A stretch of 58,699 nucleotides of DNA, filler included, from Sphacelaria rigidula (GCA_964200075.2; 9 parts of 9 records of this genome joined end to end with filler, not necessarily neighbours in it), one strand, 5' to 3'; positions 23,907 to 36,700 are shown, counted from the whole stretch's first letter. The notes: generated by a model from the sequence alone, not told the origin. Numbers and translations are program-made.

Positions 23907-23936
23907 TTGTTGTTGTTGTTATTGTTGTTGTTGTTG
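23907..23936. repeat. (TTG)n microsatellite, possibly a retroposon tail
   Basis: About 10 TTG units with one substitution. Confidence 0.85.
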
Positions 23937-24801
23937 TGTGTTTCGTGTGTGATGAGTGATCGATACGTTCAAGCACACCCATTGCCGGTGATGGCAAGGC
24001 TCAATCTCATACGTCCGCACCCGTGCGATATATGTCGAACATACAGCACAGTGGCTGGTGACACATTTCTTAATGCTTGATAGGAAATGGTGTTGGTGAT
24101 TACTCGAACCGCTGCTGTTCGAAACTTTATATTGCCCTGGACAAATCGACTAGGCATTAGCACGAAGGACTACTCTGTACATCCGAAGCATTTCCGGCGT
24201 GAGCGATCGCGTGCAAGCAAACCTAGGGTGCCGAAAGGGAGAACTCAAATACCACGTAGATGTCCACGGTATTTGCGGAATCTGTGAAAGGTGAATAGTG
24301 TGGAGGCTTGGGAGAGTTCTGCTTGATCTTACAAGGGTTACCCGCTGCGCAAGGCATCGTGCAGCATGTCGCCGCCGGTCTGCAGGTGGGTTTGGCGCCC
24401 GGCTGCAGTGGTGGAGGGTACCGTTGCCGGCGGGGCGGCACGGTTCAAGGCCGGATTGTGCCTTTGCGAATGAAATCGGCCTTACCGCTGTTATAAATCG
24501 TGCAAGCCGAGAACCCCGGCCTTGAGAACGTAACCGCCTTGAGGTGATCGGCCTTAAAGTGTAGAATCAACCCACTGTAACAGAGAACCCGCGTTGTATC
24601 GGTATCACTAATGTTGACTTTTTCTTCGGTATGTATGACAGCAAATATCTACAGCTCTCATCAAAAGTATTGATATAGCAAACGTTTTTAACTGTGAATG
24701 CATTTTTGTGAGATATTTGATATCCGTATACGACTACAAGCGTTTGTCTGCGGTGAGTATTTATGAGGAACGAGTAACAGCGCAATCCCCACTCCTTGCG
24801 G

Positions 24802-24875
24802 GGGGATGTAGCTCAGTCGGGTAGAGCGTTTGTCTCATAAGCAGAAGGTCGAAAGTTCGAGCCTCTCTATCCCCG
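24802..24875 (+). tRNA. tRNA-Met (CAT), elongator-like; possibly a pseudogene
   Basis: Acceptor GGGGATG/TATCCCC; D arm GCTC/GAGC; anticodon arm TTTGT-CTCATAA-GCAGA; T arm GAAAG-TTCGAGC-CTCTC (one A-C mismatch); T-run about 8 nt downstream. Confidence 0.85.
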
Positions 24876-24961
24876 CTTAATTGTTTTTCGCCGGACCCCC
24901 GCGACCTGACTTCAAAATACCATACTGGTACAGCAAAACCGTTTGGGGAACGTAGTATTCA

Positions 24962-25002
24962 TACTCATGATCATGCATGCCATAGTCATAAGACCATTGA
25001 CC
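24962..25002 (-). mobile_element. Short LINE-type 3'-end fragment; exact inverted copy at 25915-25955
   Basis: TACTCATGATCATGCATGCCATAGTCATAAGACCATTGACC is the reverse complement of 25915-25955; it shares GGTCAATGGTC...GACT...ATGAGTA with the LINE 3' end at 1981-2045. Confidence 0.75.
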
Positions 25003-25684
25003 TTGCATCCCTACAAAGCCGGGACGGAGCACGCCGGGTTTTCGCCGGACGGGGAGCGTAGTAGGGGGTGCGATTCCCAGCAGATGCAGGTCTTCACCAT
25101 TTCCCTCTCAGAAACACGGGACAGTGATAACAGTGTGTTTGACAACACATCTCGGGGCGTAAAACCGTATCCAGATCTTCATACAGGTTTTCACTCGGCT
25201 TTCACGACATTCGTTTCTCGTAGATGCAGGAGGGCAAGTTTTTACCACGGTGTGCCACATCGTACCTTTTCATGCTAAAGTATGTGCCGATTTCAGCAAA
25301 AACAACGCAGAACCTGCGCAAAACTTGTATTAAATGCGCTCGTGTTACGATCATGTCAACACCGATCCCACATCACAGTGCAAATGTTTATGCTGATCTC
25401 AACTCACTGCGAATCTTGCGCCACTCGATGTGTCCCGGTGTAGGCAAGAGGATCCCGTGAGTTCTGCACGTCTTTCCAACTTCTATCGTCTCCTGCGGCG
25501 TTCTAAAATCGATGTTGCGCTTTCAGACGCCAGGAGAGACATCTATCTGCTGTCGTTGTGGTCAGGGTTGTCGTTATGACGCGTGTGGAACTCGAATGTG
25601 AATACGTGTGTCATACTCCAATGCGCTGGCCGTGACCGTGGCGTTTTTCATATATATATATATATATATATTGTTTTTGGACAG

Positions 25685-25839
25685 GCCAAGATCGAGGCGA
25701 ACGGCTGCGGTGCGGCGGATGCAGTGATGCTCGACGTGGACGGCTTCGTGTCAGAGACCAACGCGACGAACCTGTTCATGGTGAAGAACGGGGTGCTCAT
25801 TACTCCCGCCACCGGCAGCTGTTTACCGGGCATCACCAG
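25685..25839 (+). CDS. Internal exon of a class-IV PLP aminotransferase (branched-chain amino acid aminotransferase-like)
   Basis: AKIEANGCGAADAVMLDVDGFVSETNATNLFMVKNGVLITPATGSCLPGITR contains the E-x-x-x-x-N-x-F...L-x-G-I-T-R signature; bounded by CAG| and |GT. Confidence 0.9.
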
Positions 25840-25968
25840 GTGGGCTGATGGCGGCAGTTTTTGCGTTGTTTTGGTGTAGGTGCTCTGGTTTATTTTCTCT
25901 TCTTCTGTCCCTCCGGTCAATGGTCTTATGACTATGGCATGCATGATCATGAGTAGCCCCCCCCCCCT

Positions 25969-26035
25969 CCCATGCTCCGTCTCGAAAGGGATGTGTGGTC
26001 AATGGTCAAATGACTGAGGCAAGCAACAAATGAGT
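25969..26035 (+). mobile_element. LINE 3'-end fragment of the contig 1 family
   Basis: Reverse complement closely matches 1982-2045. Confidence 0.75.
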
Positions 26036-26172
26036 NNNNNNNNNNNNNNNNNNNNNNNNNNNNNNNNNNNNNNNNNNNNTTAATTAATTAANNNNNNNNN
26101 NNNNNNNNNNNNNNNNNNNNNNNNNNNNNNNNNNNAGACACGTGGAATAGCGCAAAAGTTGCGTGGGACACC

Positions 26173-27132
26173 CCTTGGACCAGAGGTCAACTTTTCCCTC
26201 CCTTTCTGGCAATCAGGCAGAAGAAATCGTGAATTTGGTGATTTTGGTGATTTTGAGTCGTGATGATTTGTCCTAACCGTGCAGTCTTTGAGAAAGTAAG
26301 AAATTACGGATTCTGCTTACCTCTGGCACTGACTACTGTATGTCCCATTTGGGGTTCAGAACTGCCCTTTTCTCGCTACACAGAACGCATTTTTCATGAA
26401 CGTGTGGATATTTGTCATGTACATGAAAAATAGTCCCGGAGAACCGCTGACCAGTTTTGGCCCTGCAATCAATTATTTGCAGAGTCGGTATGTAAGTATG
26501 CTGTATGTCTTCACTGGATACAAAAGCAATGAACTGTGGTAGGTACGATACTGTACCAGAGAATAGCTGTGCAGTATTTCACGGTATCGGGGTGATGATT
26601 TCGCGTTACAGTACCGTGGTATGGTACGGGAGACAGTAAAAGTGTGCCATCGCTCTCCACCGAACAGAATCTACTGCATGCTGCTGGTGCCTCTGACTAG
26701 AGCTCAACAATAACACTACAGACAGTGTGAAGCTCTGCTGGCAGCACATGAGGGGTCAGGCAGGCGGCGTAGACCGCGAGCAGAAAACACAAGAAGTTAT
26801 TTGTAACCATGTAATCTATGGTTGATTTCCCATGACCAAAATGAGTCGTGGGGGCAGACAGCGAATTCGTCCATTTTAGTCCACCCGAACCGGAACAAAG
26901 ATGCTCATTTTGACGACCTCGATTGGTCGGAATGGGCATGCCGCGCCTCTCGGGCCCCTTTCACGGTTCATAATTTTCCGAAGTAACTTCTAAACACACA
27001 TGGTTGACTCCGTAAGCTTCTCCGGTGCTCTGCGTACAGACAGACCCCCCCCCCCGAGCATTGGAAGTCCCCGGATGTCTCAGGACTGTCGGCCTGTAGA
27101 AGTGTTTTGAGGCGACGCTCGCTATCATAGGG
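26173..27132. mobile_element. Non-autonomous piggyBac-like DNA element (diverged second copy about 30179-30700)
   Basis: Starts CCCTTGGAC and ends ATAGGG|TTAA; about 26340-26930 aligns by eye with about 30220-30690. Confidence 0.5.
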
Positions 27133-28491
27133 TTAAAACGCTCCAAGAAAACCGAAGAAAAATGGACATATCATTTTACCTCATTTTATCATGCACTAGC
27201 GATTCTCCATACGAAATTTTAAAGCACAACTCTCAAGAACTGAGACGCGATATCCAGATTTAGTGTTTTAGTGCCTCTGCTCGTACTGTATCGATTTGAG
27301 TATGGAACCTCATGTGCGTCATATCTCGAGATGGACAACGATTTAGAATCAGGCGAAGGTGAGGGTATCGATCGTTTCCCCGTACCCCAGGGAATGTCCA
27401 CACCGAAAATCGTCATCATCCGCTGTACATATATATCATTCGGAGTTTCATGCAGACTTTAGTGTGTACACTGTCTCCGTACGGTATAGGAATTACTGGA
27501 CACGAGGTTTATTCAACGGGGGGAAAATGGCCCAGATTTTTGAGCAGACGGGCATCTTCCTCTTCATCAGAAGATTAATGCGATATGCGGATCACGGCCC
27601 AACTCGTCTGTGTCGATGATATATTGCTTTGAGAGGTTGAGCTCGCGTCTCGGTCGGGCCAGCTCGTAGGGGAAAATGATGGCGATTCAGCACAGGACCT
27701 GACGTGGAGGGAGGTCGAAGCATCAACGCCGACCGTCAGACATTGTCGTTCCTTGATTGTCTCGCCCCTCAACAAGTCATGAGTGTAGATATTGTATTTG
27801 AGTCATGATCGACAAGCGTAAAAATGTCTCGCCTCTGGATGTTCTATTATCCAACGAAGTACTCGGTCCCATCGACTACCTCGAAGATTTCGCCCCGTTG
27901 AACACCCGTGCTTTCTGTTTCGAGATTTTGATTGCTGATACTCCCGTAGGTATTGGGTGTATCGTGTATGGTCTTTGTAGGCGTAGATGGACGCTAGGAG
28001 GACATTGGCGCTTCCCAATAGTAGTGGTTTCTCATGGTTATGTCGGGTAGGGTATATTAGGTTATACCCGATGATTTGGGTATTTTGAAAAGTGGAGATC
28101 CGACCCATGCCCACGACAGTAGCCAGCTCAGTGCTGTTGTCCCCTCTCTAAAGCCTGTACAAATCATTGTGACTGACTTTGGCGGGTTATGTGCGACTTT
28201 TCGGCGGCCTAAATTATCGGGTGTACCCTAGGCGATGGCTTGGAACTTGAAGCCTTAGACCGCGAGCCTCGTCTCGGAACAATATCGCCGGGTGGCAGTT
28301 GTGCGGTTTCCGGCGGAGGTTGGAGTCTCGCAGGTTCCCAGAAGGTTGACGAAGGCTTACCAGGCTTACCATTCTTGTTGACAGGAAAAATTCAAGTCAA
28401 GGACCAAACACAAAGGGAGGGGGATGGAGAGTCACTGCATTTCGTTGGGGTTTTAGGGTCACGGTAAGCGTCAGGGCTGGATTAAGGAGGT

Positions 28492-28810
28492 TAGTTTACC
28501 ACCTGGGAGGGTGAGAAATTTCTCAGGTATTCATGATTTCGAACAAACTATAACCCTAACCCTAACCCTAACCTCAACGAAGGCACAGCGAGAACCCTCG
28601 AGCGAGGGAGTGGAGAGTATTGCCTAGACAAAGGGTGCGTTGCCAGACCTCAAATCAGCGCCCCAGGCGCCGATTTCAACAAAAACGCGTTCTACGCAAG
28701 CTAGGAGCACGCTTGGAGCATAGTCTCATTAAAGATCCAGATTTCGCTGTCCACACTAGAATCAAGTCTAACTATCTGAGAAATTTCTCACCCTTCCAAG
28801 TGATGAACTA
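28492..28810. mobile_element. MITE with about 38-bp imperfect TIRs and internal (TAACCC)n
   Basis: TAGTTTACCACCTGGGAGGGTGAGAAATTTCTCAGGTA versus TATCTGAGAAATTTCTCACCCTTCCAAGTGATGAACTA; TAACCC x3-4 at 28551-28573. Confidence 0.8.
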
Positions 28811-29581
28811 TTTTGAATTGAGTTGGCGGGATGGTTCACAGTTCACAGTGGCACGCTCGAGCACTTTGTGGACAACTAACGACACTTTTTGCGTTCACCA
28901 AAATTATGGCCTCGTACTGGTGGCGTTAGTGATTCTTGAGGAAGTGACAATCTGACCATTCCTGTCTTTAGTTTTCACCAGTTATGACAGTTACTTCGGT
29001 GTATAGCCGTTGATGACAATGGTTAGCGGTAATCACCGTACGAGCACCGCCGTTGGGTCTATGTAGGCATGCAGTGCCGACAGCACAGTAAACTCTGACT
29101 TTGTGACACGCACTGCAACATCAAAGCATGCTGGAGGTGTGTCAACACGGTCCACGGAGATCCCCATACCATCACTGCGAAAACATACCGTCAGTGAGTA
29201 CCCTTTTGCCGGAGTGTATCGCAGTACCTCAGTAGTGTAATAGTGCAGGGGCGAGCGAGCACCACTTGCAGTTCATCACTTGTCATAGAAGTGAAATCCC
29301 AGCAGAAGTGCGTCCTGAACTTGTTTCTCAAAACCGATCGGAGTTTCCCCCTGCACTAATTTATCGAATGTTTCTCTTTTTTTATTGACTGATTGTCGCA
29401 CTTTAACTGACCCCCGAGGGGTCCAGTCGTGGTCTCGTGATGGACGTCCCCAAGAAAAACGAAATTGAAACACGCTTTGAGAAAAAGAAACGGGAAAAAA
29501 AGGGCGGGTCGAACAGAACGACAGAGCAGACTAACTCGTAACAAGACTCTACGTCCACCTAGTCATGAAAATAGGCGTTAA

Positions 29582-29680
29582 CCCTTTGACCGCGAGGGTA
29601 GGTCACCAGCTGAATCGGCATCAATGCTCACTTGAAAAAAGTATAGATCCAGACGGACTACCCGCACCGCGGTCTAAGGG
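29582..29680. mobile_element. 99-bp piggyBac-like MITE (further copies 29857-29954 and, inverted, 30077-30174)
   Basis: TIR CCCTTTGACCGCG / CGCGGTCTAAGGG, flanked by TTAA and TTCA; shared core TGAATCGGCATCAA...TCACTTGAAAAAAGTA. Confidence 0.8.
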
Positions 29681-29789
29681 TTCACGTCCAGCTAATCATG
29701 ACCGTAGGAACCAACATCCAACTTATCATGAAAAAGTGTCAACGTCTACCTAGTCATGTAGATGGCTTCAACATCCACCTATTCATCAA

Positions 29790-30071
29790 CCGTTTTGGGA
29801 TCGGACTGCCCCAAAATCGTATGTTTGCGGCAGGTGTCCGTTTGCGTTTTTTTCAACTCTTTGGCGGCGAAAGAAGGCCATCTGTTGAATCGGCATCAAT
29901 TTCACTTGAAAAAAGTACTAATGGTCCAGATGGACTACCCTTGCGGTGTAAGGGTCAAGTCGAAATGATACCGAATACAAAAGGCCTCTGCAGCATCATT
30001 TTGACGTGAAAACAACACAACTAGACACCTGCCGCAAACATACAATTGTGGGGCAGGCGGTCCCAAAAGGG
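29790..30071. mobile_element. piggyBac-like MITE with about 50-bp TIRs, containing a nested 98-bp MITE
   Basis: CCGTTTTGGGATCGGACTGCCCC...GTATGTTTGCGGCAGGTGTC versus GACACCTGCCGCAAACATAC...GGGGCAGGCGGTCCCAAAAGGG. Confidence 0.8.
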
Positions 30072-31723
30072 TTTAACCCTTAGACCGCGATAGTAGCCCA
30101 TCTGGGCCATGCATACTATTTTCACGTGAACTTGATGCCGATTCGACATTTGACCTACCCTCGCTATTTAAGGATCAACCCTTGGACAGCGACCCCCCTG
30201 CAGGTAGACAGAGATGCGCTGTGCCACATTTGGGGTTTAAAACAGCTCTTTTCTCGCTACACAAAACGCCTTTTTTCATGGTCATGTGGATGGCTGGGTA
30301 TCTATATAGTGGAGAGTTCCGGAGACCTTATCAGTCTAGACAGTGCATTCAATAACGTGCGGAGTCAGTATTTGAGCGGTATGTCTCCGCTGGATACGAC
30401 AAGAAACAGTCAGCGTGCCATCGCTCTCTACTGAACACAATTTACTGCATACTGTTGTTGATGCCTCTCCTTAGTGTTCGACAACACTACAGGCTGTGGA
30501 GCTATGCTAGCAACACATGAGGCGTCAGACAGGTGGCACATACCTCGAGCAGAGTTCAAAGCAAGCTGTTTGTACCCATGTAATCCATTGTTGAATTGCC
30601 ATGATCAAAACGAGAATTACCGGTAGACGGCGAAGTAGTCCACCTGTAGGGGAACTACGTGCTCATTTTGACTGCCATGATTGGTGAGGACAAGGGGCCT
30701 TACAGACTGGAATACGTTGCGGCGGTGGAGAAAGCGGAAAATCGAAAAAAAGGTTTCAAAAAAATTCTTCCTGTTTCTTCGCCAGAATAAGGAATTGAAC
30801 GATATCTTCACCACCACGATGCTGGTCTATACTCGAGCAGCCCAAAACTGAGAACTTGACCGTTGGATGATGACTTTTTAGTCAAGGTGATCGACCACTG
30901 GATAATGACTTTGGGGTAGGTATTGCAGTAGTGAGGCCGCGATGCTGGAGAGGGCCGCGTACTCGAGACGTACACCCGAGGGCGTTCGGTTTGTCGATCA
31001 AGGAAAGTGTACCACGAGTCGTACGTGTCGCTGAGTGACACCGTAGATATAGATATACACTACTACTGTGACTCGACTGTGTAATTCCAAGCGGCATAAA
31101 AATGTTCTGACAGTACTCCTATGGTATCGGCCAATTGTAGATTATTCAAGGATGATCACCTGGTGCCCGCGTAGGCAGTGCCCACGTTCGGATAGCTGTG
31201 TCGAGGGGCAATATCTGAAGGTCGACATACGGCACAGCAACACAATTCGAACAGACAAATGAGAGTCTCGTGAAGATGGCGTCGCTGAAGAAAGTAGTCA
31301 GCAAGTCATAGTTCTGTATTCTTTGTTCGTGCTGGCATAATCTGTTCCAACAAATGCGGGTCTTACAACAGCCACGGCTACGTTTCCAATTTTTTTGGCC
31401 GATTTAGGTGGTCGTGCAGCATGCTGTTGAGTCGATTATTACGTGAGGATACTGTTCCCACGAATAATAATAGAGACTTGGACGTACCAGTCACAATCCT
31501 ACCACCTGCCGTGCAACCGTAGCATGCACAACTTGTACACAAGCCTGGCACAAACCGGAAAAAGTAGTTCATGCACGTACTGCACAGTACAGTACCTACT
31601 ATTGTCATTATCCATCTGATCAGGAGGGTACCCACTCCTCCAGAAGCCCCCCCCTTCCCCCGTTGCCAAGAATGAGGTGTTCGGGAATCGGGGGCGGTGT
31701 ATAACGTATTTCAGTCTGTAGGG

Positions 31724-31880
31724 CAGGGTTGCACATCGGATATCGATGATCGATACGATCTCGATAAATATCGGCGATATGCCATATCGGTGTCGGAGCA
31801 TAGAAAAGCGATATATGTGATACTTCGTATGTATCAATATCGAATATCGATACGCTCGATATTTTGGTATATATTTTCGT
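31724..31880. mobile_element. Probable DNA-transposon end with clustered ATATCG/CGATAT subterminal motifs (hAT-like)
   Basis: Starts CAGGGTTGCA, followed by many ATCGAT/GATATC-type motifs; partner TIR not found. Confidence 0.45.
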
Positions 31881-32504
31881 CACATTAGCTCAATTTCTCG
31901 AAACCGTCGTCACAGGAAAAGCAAGGGGGTGGTATATCCCGAACGGCAGACCCCCATTAGTAGAGCACTTGCAAGTAGAGCGGTACAGTGGTTGCACGGT
32001 GTGGAAATGGATGCAGTATCTATTCGTAGGATGGGAGGCGACAGAGTACCCGCTGGTGCCTCGTGGGTTTGGTGATATGATTCAGCGGAGGCGTTTACCA
32101 ACGGCAACATACGGGTGGCGTGGCGGAGTAGATATGAGGTCACGATCAATGCAAAACTGCAGATAACAGTAGGAAACAGCTGTCGTTGGGAGTATGAGCA
32201 GATGGTACCGTCGCTTCGCCTTTCCTTCATGTTTGAAGAGTATTGCATTTATTTTCCACTCCATCCATTAGTCTGGACATTCTTATCGTTGCAAGCTTAG
32301 TAGGTTTTTCTTCTTGGTTGATGACCTACATATATATATATATATATATATATATACTGGCATCCAAAAAATTAAAACTTGACGCATGCTGCCGACGTTC
32401 CCCGTTATACTGGTGATGAAAAACGTTGAAAAAAAAGAGCGCGCACTTGAGTTTGTGCATGTTTGAGATTTGACACGTTTTCTTTGTCTGATGTTTGCTG
32501 CTGC

Positions 32505-32568
32505 GACCCGGTGGTGTAATGGTCCAACTGTCGCCATTAGGGTGGAGAGAACGAGGGTTCGATTCCCG
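32505..32568 (+). mobile_element. Second tRNA-derived SINE-like head, cut by the contig end
   Basis: CCCGGTGGTGTAATGGTCCAACTGTC...AGGGTGGAGAGAACGAGGGTTCGATTCCCG, homologous to 22222-22285. Confidence 0.65.
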
Positions 32569-33734
32569 NNNNNNNNNNNNNNNNNNNNNNNNNNNNNNNN
32601 NNNNNNNNNNNNTTAATTAATTAANNNNNNNNNNNNNNNNNNNNNNNNNNNNNNNNNNNNNNNNNNNNCCCCGCGCGCGCGCATTATCACTCTGGTGGAT
32701 ATCGTTCGAAATCATGGTGAGAACCTCGATTAACATCAAGATATTTCTGAAGAGGAGCGTGAATGCATTTTGCGCTCGTCACGTTTGGCCTCCATCATCC
32801 TCGAAATAAACCCCTCATCACTTAAAAAAATTCCGTGTTTCTTTCCTTTTTGTTGTACACAATAATAACACGACGTCGCTGGTGGCGGCTTACCATAATA
32901 ATGCACGAAAAATGTGGATCATGCGCGGCGCATACATGCGTACAACAATGGCGTTGTCTTTACATTCGCCATTCTCAGCACTTTAGCACGATATTCTTCA
33001 TTTGTGTGCGGTTCACTTTTGTCTCGAGTCCCAGTTTTCATTTACTCTTGGTGGCTCATAGGCGGTTATTTTCATAAAAGCCCGACAAATTGAAATGTCA
33101 TAGGAATTGCCAAATGAAGGCCAGAAGACGATGAGATGTATACGTTTCGAAGAGTACTACAACGATGATATTATTATGGTACTGCTTACTGATATATCAC
33201 TAGAAGGAAGCTATGGCTACGCCAGTGGTTTGTTGGCGTTCTCTTGTGGCTGCAGGTGAAGTCCTGGTGCTTCATCATATATATTGCAACCATGCTTCTC
33301 ATCACAGGTGTTTTATTTTGTCGTCTTATTCGAGAAATGAGTCGAGGTTACTATTTCGAAGGAACGAACTAGGTGTAGCTGACTTCCTAATTTTTGACCA
33401 CTAATCCGACAATTCGTCGCCACCGCCGAAAACGTTGTTGCCGTAGCCCTGAGAGCAGGCAGCGACGTGCGTGTGAGCAAAAAGGTCTACTTGGTAAAGG
33501 TCGATGTGCCCGGGGCCCGTCGCACCCCGTGCAGGAGAAACTAGGCAGGAACCAGAGTAGGTGGGAGAAAGCATAGAGACAGAGAGTAGCCCACGAATGG
33601 TGGATCAAACACCAGAAGAAAAGGGACACGCAGAGACGAAATAAGAGAAGGAGGGAAAAACCAGCTCGGCGAGCAGTCAAGCCACAGGCGCCCGCCAATC
33701 GCGCTGCTACAATAGCGGCGTCTCGATCCAAAGA

Positions 33735-36700
33735 GCTGGTAGTTGTCACCTGGAATGTACCAACCATGGCCAAGAGAGGAACCAACAGTACAGGCCACGC
33801 AGAGGATCCGCTGCTCTTTGCATCCAAATATGATAGTGATTTCGTCGCCCCTCAAGAGACCCGTCCCGATGGAAGAACAACATCCCAATTGCCAACAGCA
33901 GTGTAATCGTGCATTGAGACGGCCACCGCAATGGAGACGGGGGGTAAACCGGGAATGGTCGGAGTCGGCCTGACTATTAACGAGTCTATTGCCAGCACGC
34001 TAGAACCATCGTCCCCGAACGTGAGTGCAAGGATGCTCAAGGTATGAGTAGCTTCCAGACATAGAGTTGCCACAACCTTCATCGTCGGATACGCTCCCAC
34101 TGAGACAGCGCACGCCTCTGAAAAGACGAGGTTCTGGAAGCCACTCAGCAGTTCCATCGCTGAAGTGCCCACCAACGAGCACCTGATACTCATGATGAAT
34201 GCAAATACTCCTGCTAGAAAGAGGAAAGCAGGAGGCATGGATGGCGTCGGGTAGTATGGTAGAGACAACCGAGAGGATAACTCTAGACGCCTACTGAAAT
34301 GCGCTGTGGAATATGAAGTGGTAATTACCAACATGATCTTTCGCACGCCAACCCGGGGGGAACGTTCGACCGCATACAGGTATAAGGGGCTGGAGGCCGA
34401 ACACCGCCGGCGCCTGGACTACATCCTAGTGCGTCAGCAAGACAGCAGACTCGTACGAAGTTTCCTGTTTAACCCCGAGATGAAATCAGATCATCGACTG
34501 GTCTCATTCACCATCGGTTTCCTCGGACGGAGTGCACCTAACCGACGACTGAAATCGAGAGGTGGGGACAGCGGAGTACGCTTCGACGGCAAAATCCTCA
34601 CAACTGACTCACTTTGGAGAGCGACTGTTTCACAGGTTGTTGTCGGTATGCTCGCGAATGCCCCCAACTCCACCGCAGTCCTGGACGTGAACGACATGGC
34701 ATCTACCTCTGCCAACGCCCTGCGACAAGCGGCCGCGGATACAGTCGCTCGCTGCCCGACAACCCCCACATCTAGAGGTTTCAGTGAGTAGCCACATGCT
34801 CAGGATCGCCTCCAAAAGGCGTGAAATATCAGGGAACGTGCATGCAAGAAACTACGCGCCAACTCCGATGGCCCTGGTCTGAAAAAGGGGCTGCAGGTGA
34901 CGCACAAAGCGTTCAAGTGTGTGAAGGGCGCTGAATTGCAGAACTTCATTCACGAGGTAACCTGGACAGCAGAAATTGCTCGCAAGATGGACCAAACAGG
35001 GCTGTACCAACACATCAAGTCCTTGGAATTGGAAGGGAAGAAGGGGTGCGGCTTCACCTGCATTAGGAGCGCGACTGGCGACTGGTTGCGAGACAAGCAA
35101 GCTATTCTGCAACGGTGGAAGGACTGGTTTGAAACTCTTCTAAACACAACCTCGCCTATGGTCGACCACTCTGTCATCGATCTAATCGAACAGATGCCGG
35201 AGCACGCACCGCGTCGGCCGAGCCCTCGATGGAAGAAGTGAAGGAAGCAATGGATAAGCTGGTGAACGGCAAAACGCCATTGGGACGAACAACATCTGTG
35301 GCAAACTGTTGAAGCTCGATCTCACCAAGGACTCTACCATCCTGAAGTGCCTCTACAACATCGTGCTCACCGTGTGGCGTCAGGAAGTAGTGCCGCAGGA
35401 AGGACAAGACACCATCAAGGTGTTCTCCAAAGAACAGAACCCACACGCACGCACGCGGAACCTACCGCGGTATTTCGCTAGATCCCACGCGGGCAAGGTG
35501 GTTCTCGAGATAGTTGCGGCTTGTCTCACCGCCTACTGCGAGTGGAAGGGGATCCTGTAAGAAGCTCAACGCAGCTGTCGACCAGGCCGGTCGACTGTCG
35601 GTACGATGTACGTCGTGCATAGACACCAAGAACAGGCAAGAAAGAATACTATTCCACAGTGTACTGTACACGTGCTTCGTTGACCTCCAGAAGGCATACG
35701 ACTCAGTGTAAACCGCTCTCTTCTCTGGAAGGCGCTAGCACGATACGGTATCCCCGCCAAGATTATTTATTCCATCATCCGTCAGTTCTACGACGGCATC
35801 CGGACATGCGTACGCCTCGACAGCGGCGAGACGTCTGAGTGGTTTAAGGTTAACAAGAGCCTCAGCCAAGGATGTGTGTTTTCCCCCTGTTTGTTCAGCA
35901 TCTTCTTCGCGGCGGTGCTGACGGGGACATTCGACCGCTTCTCGATCGATAAAACGGTGGCGAAGGACTTCGGCCGCATCGCTGAAAGATGCGGGAAGAC
36001 CAGGGACCAACTTAGCAAAGTGCTTTGGGCCATGCTACATGCTGACGGCGCTTGCATCGTCTCACGATCTCAGCCATGCCTGGCAAAGATGATGACGGGC
36101 GTCCAAGAAATCTGTGCGGCGTTCGGTCTCGTCGTGGCGGGAAAGAAGACGATCACCATGCACATGCACTCCCCGATTATGAAGGCGGATAAGGGCAAGG
36201 TGAAGGCAGCGAGCCCAAGTTACTAGCCAGCTGAGTCTTCTGTCTCTCTCGGTAGAAAAATCAGCAGCATCGGCGATGCCACTTTTGGGATCCACAACCG
36301 CATTGGCTAGACCTAGATGTGCTCCAACAAGCACGTATATCACCCTGGCCACCAAGGTTCGTCTCCAGAAGGCTAAAGTGATCGAGATGATGCTGTACGG
36401 CTGCGTGACCTGGACGATCACGTACAACAACTTCGGCGCGTTACGGCAGGCCAACCGAGGATTATTGCCGGGGTGCCTCAAGAAGCATACCTCATGCCGC
36501 AGTACTCCCGACTATCACATGCTGCCGTACTGTGAGGCTCTCAAAAGAACTGGCTGCAAGAGCACCGAGGCTACCGTGATGAGGCTAATCTTCCTACACA
36601 CCGACGAAAGCCTCCCCAACATCGTCATCCATGAAGTGATGATCGGAGAGAAGAAGGCAGGCCAACCAGCCAGACGCCCACAGCAATGTGTCACGGAACA

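Noticed and set aside
24329..24383. AG...GT-bounded segment as an upstream aminotransferase exon
   Set aside because: No frame shows convincing class-IV aminotransferase motifs.
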